Origin: Myxococcota bacterium
GTDB lineage: Bacteria > Myxococcota_A > UBA9160 > UBA6930
Direction of reading: 5' to 3'
Assembly: GCA_965223415.1 (NCBI GenBank)
Contig: OZ245002.1
Coordinates: 5,088,001 to 5,152,000, forward strand
DNA length: 64,000 nucleotides
Position 1 is the stretch's first letter, and each line of letters starts with the position of its first letter. This document shows, piece after piece, positions 49,818 through 58,630 of the stretch. Both the position numbers and the translations under genes were made by a program. The notes under the pieces are model-generated. The model ran no database searches. It saw only the letters and a program-made list of their open reading frames with translations, and was not told the origin of the DNA.

Positions 49818-52126
49818 GCTTCCCGGCCGCGGAAGACGCGGCCCTCCTCCACCCGGGCCACCACCCGTGGCGGGCTCTCGACCGTCTCCACCCAGAGGAT
49901 GCAGGCGCCGCTCCGGGCACGGAAGCCTGCGGGGGTCTCCTCGGACCCGCTCTGGCGCCGGTAGCGGTGGGCGTCGATGGTCGCGGCGCGCAGGCCGTCG
50001 GCCCCGACGCTGATCTCGTGGCTCGCACCGTCGATGGGTGACGTGACGAGGGTCTGCTCACCGGCCAGGGCGTGATAGACCGCTTCGATCAGCGGGTACT
50101 TCTCCACGGGCTCGCCGGGTCGCTCGTCGACGTCCTCTTCGATGAGCTGCGAGCTCTCCTGGAAGAGCCGCTCGACGTAGGGCGGCTCGATGGCATCGTC
50201 GGCCAGGCGATCGGGCTGCAGGGTGAGGAGACGGAAGAGGGCCTTCGGCTTCACCGTCTGCTCGCCGAGGAACGCCTCGGCCGCCCCGGCCATCTCCGTG
50301 TGCACCCGGCGCACCACGGCGTGGGCGCCCTCGCCGTCCGCGTCGACGAGCACGGCGACCAGCCGCCGTTCGTCCAGCTCCGCCAGCGCGTCCTCGGCGC
50401 GGATGCTGCGGGCGAGCACGTCGCGGAACTGGGCCACGAAGCCGGCACTGGCGCCGTCGACGAAGCGGAACTCGTAGCCCACCAGGCTCACCGGAACGCC
50501 CGCGTCCTCGGCCCAGCTCCGGACGCGCTCGATCGCCGGCTCGAGCTCGTCGCGCGCCAGCGTTCGCGGGAGGAGCATGCGCGGCGCCGCCTCGACGTCG
50601 ATCGCCGGCCATTCCTGGGAGCCCGGCGGCCGCGCGCGCAGCAGCGACACCATCGTCGCCCGCAGGCGCCGCTCGTCGATCGGCTTCGGAAGGGCCGCGT
50701 CGGCACCTGCGGCGAGGGCCCGGGGCAGCTCGCCCGGCCCGGCGTGGGGCGAGCACAGGAGCACGATCGGCACCGTCACGCGGAGCTCGCGCAGGATGCG
50801 GCAGAGCCCGATGCCGTTCAGGCGCGGCATGCGCGCGCCCATCAGCACCAGATCCGGCTCGGAGACGGCGGCGAGACGCAGGCCGGCGACCCCGTCGGCG
50901 GCCTCGAGAACGTCGATCTTCGAGCCGCAGGTGCGTGCCACCTCCCGGCGCGCCTCCTCGTCGGCCTCGATCACGAGCACCGTCGCCGAGAGCCCCGGGC
51001 GCCGGTTGGGCGCCACCTCGACGGGCGGCGGGGCACTCGGCTGCACCCGCGGCGACGCGACGCCGGCCTTCCGGCGGCGCCGGGCGAGCTGCTCGAGCTC
51101 GTCGAGAGTATCGTCGTCCAGCAGCTCGAGGTCATCGGCCCCCGAGCTCGACCCCGCCGCCGGACGCGGCGCGACGGGTGCGTGCGGCTCGGCGACGGCT
51201 GCCGCCTCGGCGGCCCGCGGCACGGCCTCGACGACCGGCTCCACCGCAGCCCGCGGCACGGCCTCGGCGACCGGCTCCGCCGCAGCCCGCGGCACGGCCT
51301 CGACGACCGGCTCTGGAGCGACGACCGGATCCGGGAGCAGCGTGGGCGCCAGCTCGGCGTGCGGGGCCGGCGTCTCCTCCGTCGCGGCGGGCGCCGCCGC
51401 TCGCTTGAAGCGCGCGAAGCCGCGACGCCCGGGGGCGACCGCGGTCGGTCCGCCGCCCGAGATCCCGGCCTCGCCGATCGTGAAGTCGAAGCGGCTCTTC
51501 TTCAGCTGCACGTTGCGCATCTTGTAGACGAGCAGCGAGTGGTCCGGCCCCTCGTCGCCCTCGGCGCCGCGCTGCAGCTCGAACAGACCCCAGCACACCT
51601 CCGAGAAGACCCGCAGCACGAAGGGCTGCTGCATCACCCCGCTGTCGCTCAGCATGAGCGGGCTCCAGCCCATCTCCTCGAAGCGGGCGGTCAGCATGCG
51701 CAGCTCGCTGCGCAGGATCGTCTCGTCGTCCATCGACGAGAAGAACGGGTCCACCGGGTCGAGCACGATACGCCGGACGCCCAGCCCCTCCACCTCGGCC
51801 TGCAGCTCCACCAGCACGGCCTCGGGGCCGGAACGGGCGACGATCTCCCGGAAGCCCTCGTCATACTCGAGCAGGATGAGCTGCTCGTTGTCGACGTACT
51901 GGCTGAAGGGGAAGCCGAACCGCTCGGCCTGCTGGATCAGGTCGTCGGCCTTCTCGCGACACACGTAGAGGGCGCTCTCGCCGGCCTGCAGGCCGGCGTG
52001 GGCGTACTGCAGGCCGAAGATCGACTTGCCGGTGCCGCTCGCGCCGAACGCCATGTAGGGTTTCGCGCGAAAGAAACCGTCTGCCCCGGCGTCGAGGAAA
52101 TCGACGCCGGTGGGGATCCCCTCCAT
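49814..52126 (-). CDS. KaiC/RecA-like ATPase - linker - pseudo-receiver - degenerate GGDEF protein
   Basis: IPTGVDFLD, Walker A GASGTGKS, RRIVLDP and VYKMR. REC has PDLVLMG (Asp replaced by Gly). RAED is followed 5 aa later by DERRL. Confidence 0.85.
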   Translation of the reverse strand: MEGIPTGVDFLDAGADGFFRAKPYMAFGASGTGKSIFGLQYAHAGLQAGESALYVCREKADDLIQQAERFGFPFSQYVDNEQLILLEYDEGFREIVARSGPEAVLVELQAEVEGLGVRRIVLDPVDPFFSSMDDETILRSELRMLTARFEEMGWSPLMLSDSGVMQQPFVLRVFSEVCWGLFELQRGAEGDEGPDHSLLVYKMRNVQLKKSRFDFTIGEAGISGGGPTAVAPGRRGFARFKRAAAPAATEETPAPHAELAPTLLPDPVVAPEPVVEAVPRAAAEPVAEAVPRAAVEPVVEAVPRAAEAAAVAEPHAPVAPRPAAGSSSGADDLELLDDDTLDELEQLARRRRKAGVASPRVQPSAPPPVEVAPNRRPGLSATVLVIEADEEARREVARTCGSKIDVLEAADGVAGLRLAAVSEPDLVLMGARMPRLNGIGLCRILRELRVTVPIVLLCSPHAGPGELPRALAAGADAALPKPIDERRLRATMVSLLRARPPGSQEWPAIDVEAAPRMLLPRTLARDELEPAIERVRSWAEDAGVPVSLVGYEFRFVDGASAGFVAQFRDVLARSIRAEDALAELDERRLVAVLVDADGEGAHAVVRRVHTEMAGAAEAFLGEQTVKPKALFRLLTLQPDRLADDAIEPPYVERLFQESSQLIEEDVDERPGEPVEKYPLIEAVYHALAGEQTLVTSPIDGASHEISVGADGLRAATIDAHRYRRQSGSEETPAGFRARSGACILWVETVESPPRVVARVEEGRVFRGREA
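51213..51313. repeat. In-frame 36-bp tandem repeat, about 2.8 copies (EPV[VA]EAVPRAA[AV])
   Basis: GCCCGCGGCACGGCCTCG(A/G)CGACCGGCTC starting at 51213, 51249 and 51285. Confidence 0.9.
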
Positions 52127-52227
52127 CCGTTCCCATCCTCTCTCGCTCTCTCGCGAGGGTTTCGCTGTTGAATCGGTGCTTTCACCGGGGGGCTTGAGGA
52201 GCGGACGCCTGGGGTCGAAGGGGAGGA

Positions 52228-53268
52228 ATGCCCCGCACGAGCGAGCCGCCGAAGGTCGTCCCCTGGGGGGTCCGGTTCGCCCTGGCCCTCCTTCTCGCCG
52301 CTCCGGACGCCTCCGTCGCCGAGGGCCTGCGGGTGGGCATCGGGGACCGGGTCGAGTTCCACCGCGCCGGCCGGGTCGTCCATGTGCGGGACGAGGCGCG
52401 GGCCCTGGGCCTGGCCACGGACTACCAGCAGATCTGGCTGCCCCGCGGATGGCAGGACGCCTGGCTCGACCCGGCGGCGCTCAGCGCCCTCGCTCACACC
52501 GGGACCACGCCGGTGGTGGCCCACTGGTTCTTCGGCGACGCGATCAGTCGCGAGCGGGTCGAGGCGGAGCGCCACGCGTGGCACCGGAGCCTGGCCCGCA
52601 TGGCGCGGCGCATCGCGATCGGCGCGCCGGTGCTGGTGCTGCTCGAGCCCGAGTTCAACAACGCCCCGCCGCCGGGAGAGACCGCCGTCACCGACTGGCC
52701 CGGCTTCGCGCGGGAGGTGCGCGAAGCCGTGCGCATCCTCCGCCACTTCGCGCCGGAGGTCCGCGTCGGCCTGTGCGCCGGGGACTTCTCACCGACCCGG
52801 AACCTGGAGCGCGCGCTCGGCGGCGTCGCCGACGAGCTCGACTTCCTCGCCTTCCAGGAGATGCGCGCCAGCACGCGCCACGGGCGCGACGCCCTCGACC
52901 TGGGGACCGCCGCCGTCTCCTACGCCCGCTACCTGAAGGAAGCGTTCGGGCGGCCGCTGTTCCTGGGCTACGTGGCCGTCTCGTCCCACGGCGGCTGGGA
53001 GGACGCCCAGCGCGAGGCCCTCGCCTCCCTCGTTCGCGAACGCGAAGCCCTGACCGGGGCCGGTGTCTTCGGCCTCGTCTACTTCCAGCTCCGCGACGAT
53101 CCGGACCACACGGGCTGGTTCGGCGACGCCGAGCGCCACTTCGGCGTGCTCACCGCCGAGGGCGCGCCGAAGCCGGCGCTCGAGGCGCTGCGCGCGCTGG
53201 GGACGAGCCCGGCCGCCCCGCCTGCCGCACGAGACGGATCCCCTGGATCCGCTCCCACACCTCGCTGA
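52228..53268 (+). CDS. Secreted TIM-barrel glycoside hydrolase-like protein
   Basis: Signal peptide, VLLEPEFN, LDFLAFQ, GLVYFQLRD and ERHFGV...GAPKPA motifs. Confidence 0.65.
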   Translation: MPRTSEPPKVVPWGVRFALALLLAAPDASVAEGLRVGIGDRVEFHRAGRVVHVRDEARALGLATDYQQIWLPRGWQDAWLDPAALSALAHTGTTPVVAHWFFGDAISRERVEAERHAWHRSLARMARRIAIGAPVLVLLEPEFNNAPPPGETAVTDWPGFAREVREAVRILRHFAPEVRVGLCAGDFSPTRNLERALGGVADELDFLAFQEMRASTRHGRDALDLGTAAVSYARYLKEAFGRPLFLGYVAVSSHGGWEDAQREALASLVREREALTGAGVFGLVYFQLRDDPDHTGWFGDAERHFGVLTAEGAPKPALEALRALGTSPAAPPAARDGSPGSAPTPR

Positions 53269-54451
53269 CCGGCAGCACCGTCACGCCGCTCCTCTCGATC
53301 TCGACCAGGGCCTTCTCGAAGTCGTCGACGGCGTACTCGATCTCGATCCGGGGATCGCCGTTCAGCACGTGGAACATCAGGATCGCCCATTCGCCGTGCT
53401 CCTTCGCCCGCCGCGCGATGGCGCCGATCTCCGCGGGCGTCGTCGTGTCCAGCACGTTGACGGCGCGGAGCAGGTGACGGTCCGCGACCGGGATCGTCTC
53501 GGGACCGGCGCCGGCGACGCGGGCCGTCGCGAAGTGCTTGCGTACGATCGGCCGCACCACCCGCGGCTCCTGTCGGCCGAGGGGATAGGCGAGGTGGCCG
53601 TCAGCGCGGAAGCCCCGCCCGCGCAGGTAACCCTGCACGTCCTGGATCTCCCGCTCGAGCTCGAGCTCGCTCATCTCCGTGAACGGGGTCGCGTGGTGGG
53701 CGGCCACGTCCCAGCCGTAGCGGCCGCCAAGGCCTTCGAGCTGCTTCGCGGTGACGAAGCCCTCCTCGCCCACCTGCGCCGGCATGACGTAGGCCGTGCC
53801 CCGGAAGCCGTGGGCGTGCATGGCCGGCGCGGCGATCGTGGCGTGGTCGTCGGTGCCGTCGTCGAAGGTGAACGAGAGGAAGCCCTCAGAGGCCCGTTGC
53901 ACGGCGGTCAAGCCCGTCCACGCCACCTCGACCCCGCCCTGGCCCCGATCGGCGAAGTAGAGGCCGACGGCGCGCACGTTCTGGAGGTCCACCGCGCCTT
54001 CGACCCGGGCAGTCCCGAGGCTGAAGCTCACCGGGGTCCAGGTGCCGGGCTGGACGACGTTGAACGGCGCATCCGAGAAGAGCGGAATGGGGAAGGCCGC
54101 CGTGCCCTCGTCGAAGCGGCTCGAGGTGAGCCGCAGCTCCAGGCCCGACAGGTGGGCGAGGTTGCTCACCCGGATCCAGGTGCGCAGGGTGTGACCCGTG
54201 AGGTCGGCGCCCGGCGTGATCGGAGCCGCCGAGGCGAGGAAGGCGGGACGGCCGTCACCGCGGGTGCGGCACGCCACCCAGGGCTGGGCCGGCTCGCCCC
54301 CTGCCTGGCAACGGGCCGTGCCCCACTTCTCCACGATGCGCGCAGCGCCGGGATCCTGCACCACCCACTCGCCCACCCCGCGCCCGGTGGCGGCGGAGGC
54401 GGCCAGCAGGGCGACGAGGGCGACGAGTCCGTGAATCGCTCTGGAGCCCAT
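53150..54451 (-). CDS. Secreted polysaccharide deacetylase (CE4/NodB) with an N-terminal beta-sandwich
   Basis: FTFDDG, WDVAAHH, LAYPLG and ILMFH motifs. Confidence 0.85.
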   Translation of the reverse strand: MGSRAIHGLVALVALLAASAATGRGVGEWVVQDPGAARIVEKWGTARCQAGGEPAQPWVACRTRGDGRPAFLASAAPITPGADLTGHTLRTWIRVSNLAHLSGLELRLTSSRFDEGTAAFPIPLFSDAPFNVVQPGTWTPVSFSLGTARVEGAVDLQNVRAVGLYFADRGQGGVEVAWTGLTAVQRASEGFLSFTFDDGTDDHATIAAPAMHAHGFRGTAYVMPAQVGEEGFVTAKQLEGLGGRYGWDVAAHHATPFTEMSELELEREIQDVQGYLRGRGFRADGHLAYPLGRQEPRVVRPIVRKHFATARVAGAGPETIPVADRHLLRAVNVLDTTTPAEIGAIARRAKEHGEWAILMFHVLNGDPRIEIEYAVDDFEKALVEIERSGVTVLPVSEVWERIQGIRLVRQAGRPGSSPARAAPRAPASARPRR

Positions 54452-54533
54452 GGGTCTCCTCCCGGTGCGAGATCCGACAGCTCATCGACCTCCGCGGCGT
54501 CTCCCTGAAGGCGGTCGCGGTAGACTGCTGCCG

Positions 54534-56237
54534 GTGCGCGCCCTCCCCTCCCGCCGGGTCTCCTTCGTCTTGCTTCTCCTCCTGCTCCTCGCGGCCACAG
54601 CCTGCGGGAGGCGGACGGTCTTCGTGGGTGCGCCGGTCCTCACTGTGGGCCCGGACAACCGGATCGCGGAGGCCTTCGGCATCGACGGCGACCGCATCGG
54701 GGCGGTCGGGAGCGAGACCGAGGTGCGGGCCTGGGCCGGCCCCGCGGCGCAGGTGGTGGAGCTCTCGGGGGGCGCCATCGTGCCGGGCTTCATCGACGCC
54801 CACGGCCACTTCCCCGGCGACGGCGTGTGGGCCGGCGTCACCGATCTGAACCCGCCGCCGATCGGCGACCTGGAGACCCTCGAGGAGCTCGTGGCACGCA
54901 TGCGCGCGCGGGCGGAGACGACGCCGGCCGGGGAGTGGGTGACCGGCATGGGCTACGACGACACGCTCCTCGCCGAGCGCCGCCACCCCACCCGCGTCGA
55001 TCTCGACCGGGTGTCCACCGAGCACCCGGTGGCGATCTTGCACATCTCCGGCCATCTGGCCTCGGTGAACAGCCGCGCCCTCCGGGACCTCGGCTGGGAT
55101 GCGAGCACGCCGGACCCGGAAGGCGGCGTGATCCGCCGGGATCCGGAGACGGGCGAGCCCGACGGCGTGCTGGAAGAGAACGCCATGGAGTCGCTGCAGG
55201 CGGAGCTCCTGAGCCCGGGCCTGGCCGACGGGCTGGCGATGGTGCGGCTGGCCGTGGAGCGCGCCGTCGCAGAGGGCGTGACGACGGCCCAGGTCGGCTA
55301 CACGCCGACCTCCCAGCTGCGCCTCTTTCCGTGGCTCTCGCGCCTCGGGATCGTTCCGATCCGGCTCGTGCTGTGGCCCAGCATGGAAGCCCTCGATGAG
55401 CTGCTGGACGGCGGCGACCCCTACACCACCTACGACCCGGAGTGGGTGCGCATCGGCGCCGTGAAGCTCGTGGCCGACGGCTCGATCCAGGGCTACACGG
55501 GCTACCTGGCCGAGCCCTACCACGTGCCGCCCGGCGACGATCCGGAGTTCCGCGGCTATCCGCGCATCGCCCGAGACGAGCTGATCCGCAGGGCCCGGCG
55601 CTACCACGCGGCGGGCTGGCAGCTCGCCATCCACGGCAACGGCGACGCCTCGATCGACGACATCCTCGACGCCTTCGAGGCCGCCTTCGCCGAGACGCCC
55701 GCCGACGACCCGCGACCCATCGTGATCCACGCCCAGATGACCCGCGACGACCAGCTCGACCGCATGGCCGCGCTCGGCGTGATCCCCTCCTTCTTCAGCC
55801 TGCACACCTACTACTGGGGCGACCGCCACCGCGATCTGTTCATGGGTCCCGAGCGCGCGGCGCGCATGAGCCCCGCGAAGAGCGCCCTCGAGAAGGGCGT
55901 GCGCTTCACGATCCACTGCGACGCGCCGGTCGTGCCGATGGAGCCGCTGCGACTCATGTGGGCGGCGGTGAACCGCAAGAGCAGCAGCGGCAACGACATC
56001 GGGCCGAGCGAGCGTATCACGCCGATGCAGGCGCTGCGCGCCACCACCCTCGACGCGGCTTACCAGTACCGCGACGAGGACCTGAAGGGATCACTGGAGG
56101 TCGGCAAGCTCGCCGACTTCGTGATCCTCTCCGCGTCGCCCCTCGACGATCCCACCCGCATCGACGAGATCCGGGTGCTCGAGACCTGGGTCGGCGGCGA
56201 GCGGGTATACCGGGCGGGAGACACGGCGAGTGAGTGA
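54534..56237 (+). CDS. Amidohydrolase-3 (YtcJ-like), probable lipoprotein
   Basis: PGFIDAHGH, KLVADGS, IHGNGD and GSLEVGKLADF motifs; LAATAC signal. Confidence 0.9.
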   Translation: MRALPSRRVSFVLLLLLLLAATACGRRTVFVGAPVLTVGPDNRIAEAFGIDGDRIGAVGSETEVRAWAGPAAQVVELSGGAIVPGFIDAHGHFPGDGVWAGVTDLNPPPIGDLETLEELVARMRARAETTPAGEWVTGMGYDDTLLAERRHPTRVDLDRVSTEHPVAILHISGHLASVNSRALRDLGWDASTPDPEGGVIRRDPETGEPDGVLEENAMESLQAELLSPGLADGLAMVRLAVERAVAEGVTTAQVGYTPTSQLRLFPWLSRLGIVPIRLVLWPSMEALDELLDGGDPYTTYDPEWVRIGAVKLVADGSIQGYTGYLAEPYHVPPGDDPEFRGYPRIARDELIRRARRYHAAGWQLAIHGNGDASIDDILDAFEAAFAETPADDPRPIVIHAQMTRDDQLDRMAALGVIPSFFSLHTYYWGDRHRDLFMGPERAARMSPAKSALEKGVRFTIHCDAPVVPMEPLRLMWAAVNRKSSSGNDIGPSERITPMQALRATTLDAAYQYRDEDLKGSLEVGKLADFVILSASPLDDPTRIDEIRVLETWVGGERVYRAGDTASE

Positions 56238-57495
56238 AGCCCGCGACCGCACGGCGAGCTGGGTGCTCGCCGTGCTCCTCGTCACCTACACCTTCAACTA
56301 CCTCGATCGCTACCTGCTCACGATCCTGGTCCAGCCGATCAAGGAGGAGCTGGGCGTCTCGGACACCGTGATGGGCTTCCTGATCGGGCCGGCCTTCGCC
56401 CTCTTCTACACCGGCCTCGGCGTCCCGATCGCCCGACTCGCCGACCGCACCAACCGGCGGAACGTGATCGCCGCCGGCTTCGTCCTGTGGAGCGCCTTCA
56501 CCGCCTTGTCGGGCGCCGCGCGCAGCTGGGTGCAGCTCGCCCTGGCGCGGGTCGCCGTGGGCGTGGGCGAGGCGGCCGGTGCGGCGCCCTCCCACTCGCT
56601 GATCTCGGACACCTTCCCCGCCGAGCGGCGCGCCGGCGCCCTCTCCATCTTCCAGATGGGGGTCTACCTGGGCCAGATCCTCGGGCTCGCGGTCGGCGGC
56701 CTGCTCGTGGCGCCCCTCGGCTGGCGCTGGACCTTCGTCGTGGTGGGCCTGCCCGGCCTCTTGTTCGCTGCGCTCCTGCGCTTCACCATCGACGAGCCAC
56801 CGCGCGGGCGCTTCGACCCGGTCGACACGGGCGCGCCGCCGCCGCCGTTCACGGACGTGTTGAAGCACCTCTGGGCCATGCCGACCTTCCGCTGGCTCGC
56901 CATCGGCACCGGCCTCGCGTCCTTCGCCGGCACCGGCTACGGCTTCTGGATCCCGACCCTCTTTCTGCGGGTCCACGACATGAGCTTCGCCGAGATCGGC
57001 ACCAGCTTCGGATTGATCAGTGGCCTCAGTGCGCTCACCGGCACCTGGATCGCCGGCCGACTGGGCGTCCGCCTGGGTGCGCGGGATCCGCGCTGGCTGC
57101 TGCTCCTGGCGAGCCTGGCCGTCGCGGTCTCGCTGCCCTTCCTGTGCGCCGTGAGTCTCTGGCCCACGCCGTGGATCGCGATCTCCTTCGCGATTCCCGC
57201 CGGCCTGGCCGGCGCCGGCTGGGCGCCGCTCACCTACACGGTGGTGCAGAACCTCGTGCCACCGGCGATGCGCTCGGTGGCGGCGTCGATCCTGATCTTC
57301 TTCATCACCTTCCTCGGCATGGGCCTCGGTCCCCAGGCCGTGGGCCTGCTGAGCGACGCCCTCGCCGCCAGCCAGGGCGACCAGGCCCTGCGCTACGCCC
57401 TCGTGCTGGTGCTCGGGACGAGCGGCGTGGGCGCGGCGTGCATCGCGGTGGCGGCACGCCACCTCCCGCGCGATCTCGCAAGGGCCGCGCCGTGA
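56230..57495 (+). CDS. Spinster-like MFS transporter
   Basis: NYLDR, ARLADRTNRR and VGVGEA motifs. Confidence 0.9.
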   Translation: MSEARDRTASWVLAVLLVTYTFNYLDRYLLTILVQPIKEELGVSDTVMGFLIGPAFALFYTGLGVPIARLADRTNRRNVIAAGFVLWSAFTALSGAARSWVQLALARVAVGVGEAAGAAPSHSLISDTFPAERRAGALSIFQMGVYLGQILGLAVGGLLVAPLGWRWTFVVVGLPGLLFAALLRFTIDEPPRGRFDPVDTGAPPPPFTDVLKHLWAMPTFRWLAIGTGLASFAGTGYGFWIPTLFLRVHDMSFAEIGTSFGLISGLSALTGTWIAGRLGVRLGARDPRWLLLLASLAVAVSLPFLCAVSLWPTPWIAISFAIPAGLAGAGWAPLTYTVVQNLVPPAMRSVAASILIFFITFLGMGLGPQAVGLLSDALAASQGDQALRYALVLVLGTSGVGAACIAVAARHLPRDLARAAP

Positions 57496-57815
57496 CCCGC
57501 CTGCGCCCGGGCCCGCCGGGCGACGACTCGGGCGACGACGAGCTCGTCGTCGAGGTGCCGATCACCGAGGTGCTCGACCTGCACGACTTCGCGCCCCGGG
57601 AGATCCCGGAGGTGGTGGAAGCATACCTGGAAGCGGCCTGGGAGAAGGGCCTCCGCGAGGTGCGCCTCGTCCACGGCAAGGGCAAGGGGGTGCAGCGGGC
57701 GCGGGTGCAGAGCCTGCTGACGACGGTCCCCCACGCCCGCGCCTTCCGCGACGCCCCGGCGGAGCGCGGCGGCTGGGGCGCCACGATCGTCGAGCTCGGC
57801 CCGCCGGAGGACTGA
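57492..57815 (+). CDS. Stand-alone Smr/MutS2 C-terminal domain protein
   Basis: LDLHDF, VHGKGKG and GGWGAT motifs. Confidence 0.9.
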   Translation: MTRLRPGPPGDDSGDDELVVEVPITEVLDLHDFAPREIPEVVEAYLEAAWEKGLREVRLVHGKGKGVQRARVQSLLTTVPHARAFRDAPAERGGWGATIVELGPPED

Positions 57816-57847
57816 AAGAGGAGAGCCGGCCCGTCGATGCGTGGGCA

Positions 57848-58564
57848 ATGCCCGGCCTCGCCCACGTGCTGCTCCTCGTGCTCCCCGCCACCTGCGGCGG
57901 GGCGGCGGCATGGATCGCCTACCTGCGCTGGAAGGACCGCCGCACCCCGGAGCCCTGGCCCCTCATGTTCGGCGCCGCGCTCCTGGGCGCCGGCGCCATG
58001 CTGCTCGCGCACCTCGGCTACCGGGCCCTGGACGGCGTGGGCCTCCAGGCGAGCTGGGCGATGCTGACCGGCCCGCTGCCCCGGGCCTGGGCCGGCGCCC
58101 TGGCGATCGGAGCGGTGGAGGAGGCCGCCAAGCTGGTCCCGGTGCTGCCCTTCGTCTTCGTCACCCATCGCTTCGACGAGCTGTGGGACGGCCCGGTGTA
58201 CGCGGGCGCCTGCGCGGTGGGCTTCGCCGTGGCCGAGGCCGTGCTGCTGGCGGCCCTCGGCGAGATCGGCGTCACCTCCACCCTCGCCCGCGCCGCCGCC
58301 GCTCCGCTCACCCACGCCGTGTTCGCGGGGCCCTGGGGGCTCGGCCTCGCGTACACCGTGCTTCGGGGCGCGCGCTGGGCCTTCCCGCTGGGCTTCGCCG
58401 TCTCCGCGGCCGCCCACGGTGCCTACGACCTGCTGCTCGCGCGCCCCGGCCTCCAGCTCTGGGCGGCGGCCCTGGTCGCGGCGCTCTGGCTGCTGTGGAT
58501 CGCGGTCGCCTCACACCTCACCCGAGAGCGGCGGCGCCACCCGCGGCCAGACTCACACCGATGA
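57848..58564 (+). CDS. PrsW family intramembrane glutamic protease
   Basis: DRRTPEP, VEEAAK, GFAVAE, HAVF and HGAYD motifs. Confidence 0.85.
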   Translation: MPGLAHVLLLVLPATCGGAAAWIAYLRWKDRRTPEPWPLMFGAALLGAGAMLLAHLGYRALDGVGLQASWAMLTGPLPRAWAGALAIGAVEEAAKLVPVLPFVFVTHRFDELWDGPVYAGACAVGFAVAEAVLLAALGEIGVTSTLARAAAAPLTHAVFAGPWGLGLAYTVLRGARWAFPLGFAVSAAAHGAYDLLLARPGLQLWAAALVAALWLLWIAVASHLTRERRRHPRPDSHR

Positions 58565-58630
58565 GGCCCCCGTCGGGGCCCGGCTGCCACCGATGAGGCG
58601 CCCGTCGGGGCCCGGCTCACAGCGATGAGG
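58556..58630. repeat. 32-bp tandem repeat, about 2.3 copies, at a convergent gene junction
   Basis: CACCGATGAGGC(C/G)CCCGTCGGGGCCCGGCT at 58556 and 58588, partial copy at 58620. Confidence 0.85.

Noticed and set aside
50200..50560. Active diguanylate cyclase
   Set aside because: The GG(D/E)EF motif is replaced by DERRL.
49814..52126. Circadian clock KaiC
   Set aside because: Single ATPase domain, no kaiA/kaiB, fused to REC*/GGDEF* in an EPS operon.
53150..53268. 119-bp convergent overlap as a functional antisense system
   Set aside because: Both tails are low-complexity extensions typical of stop-poor GC-rich DNA.
58556..58630. 32-bp repeats as CRISPR or terminator
   Set aside because: A tandem duplication without spacers; no U-tract.
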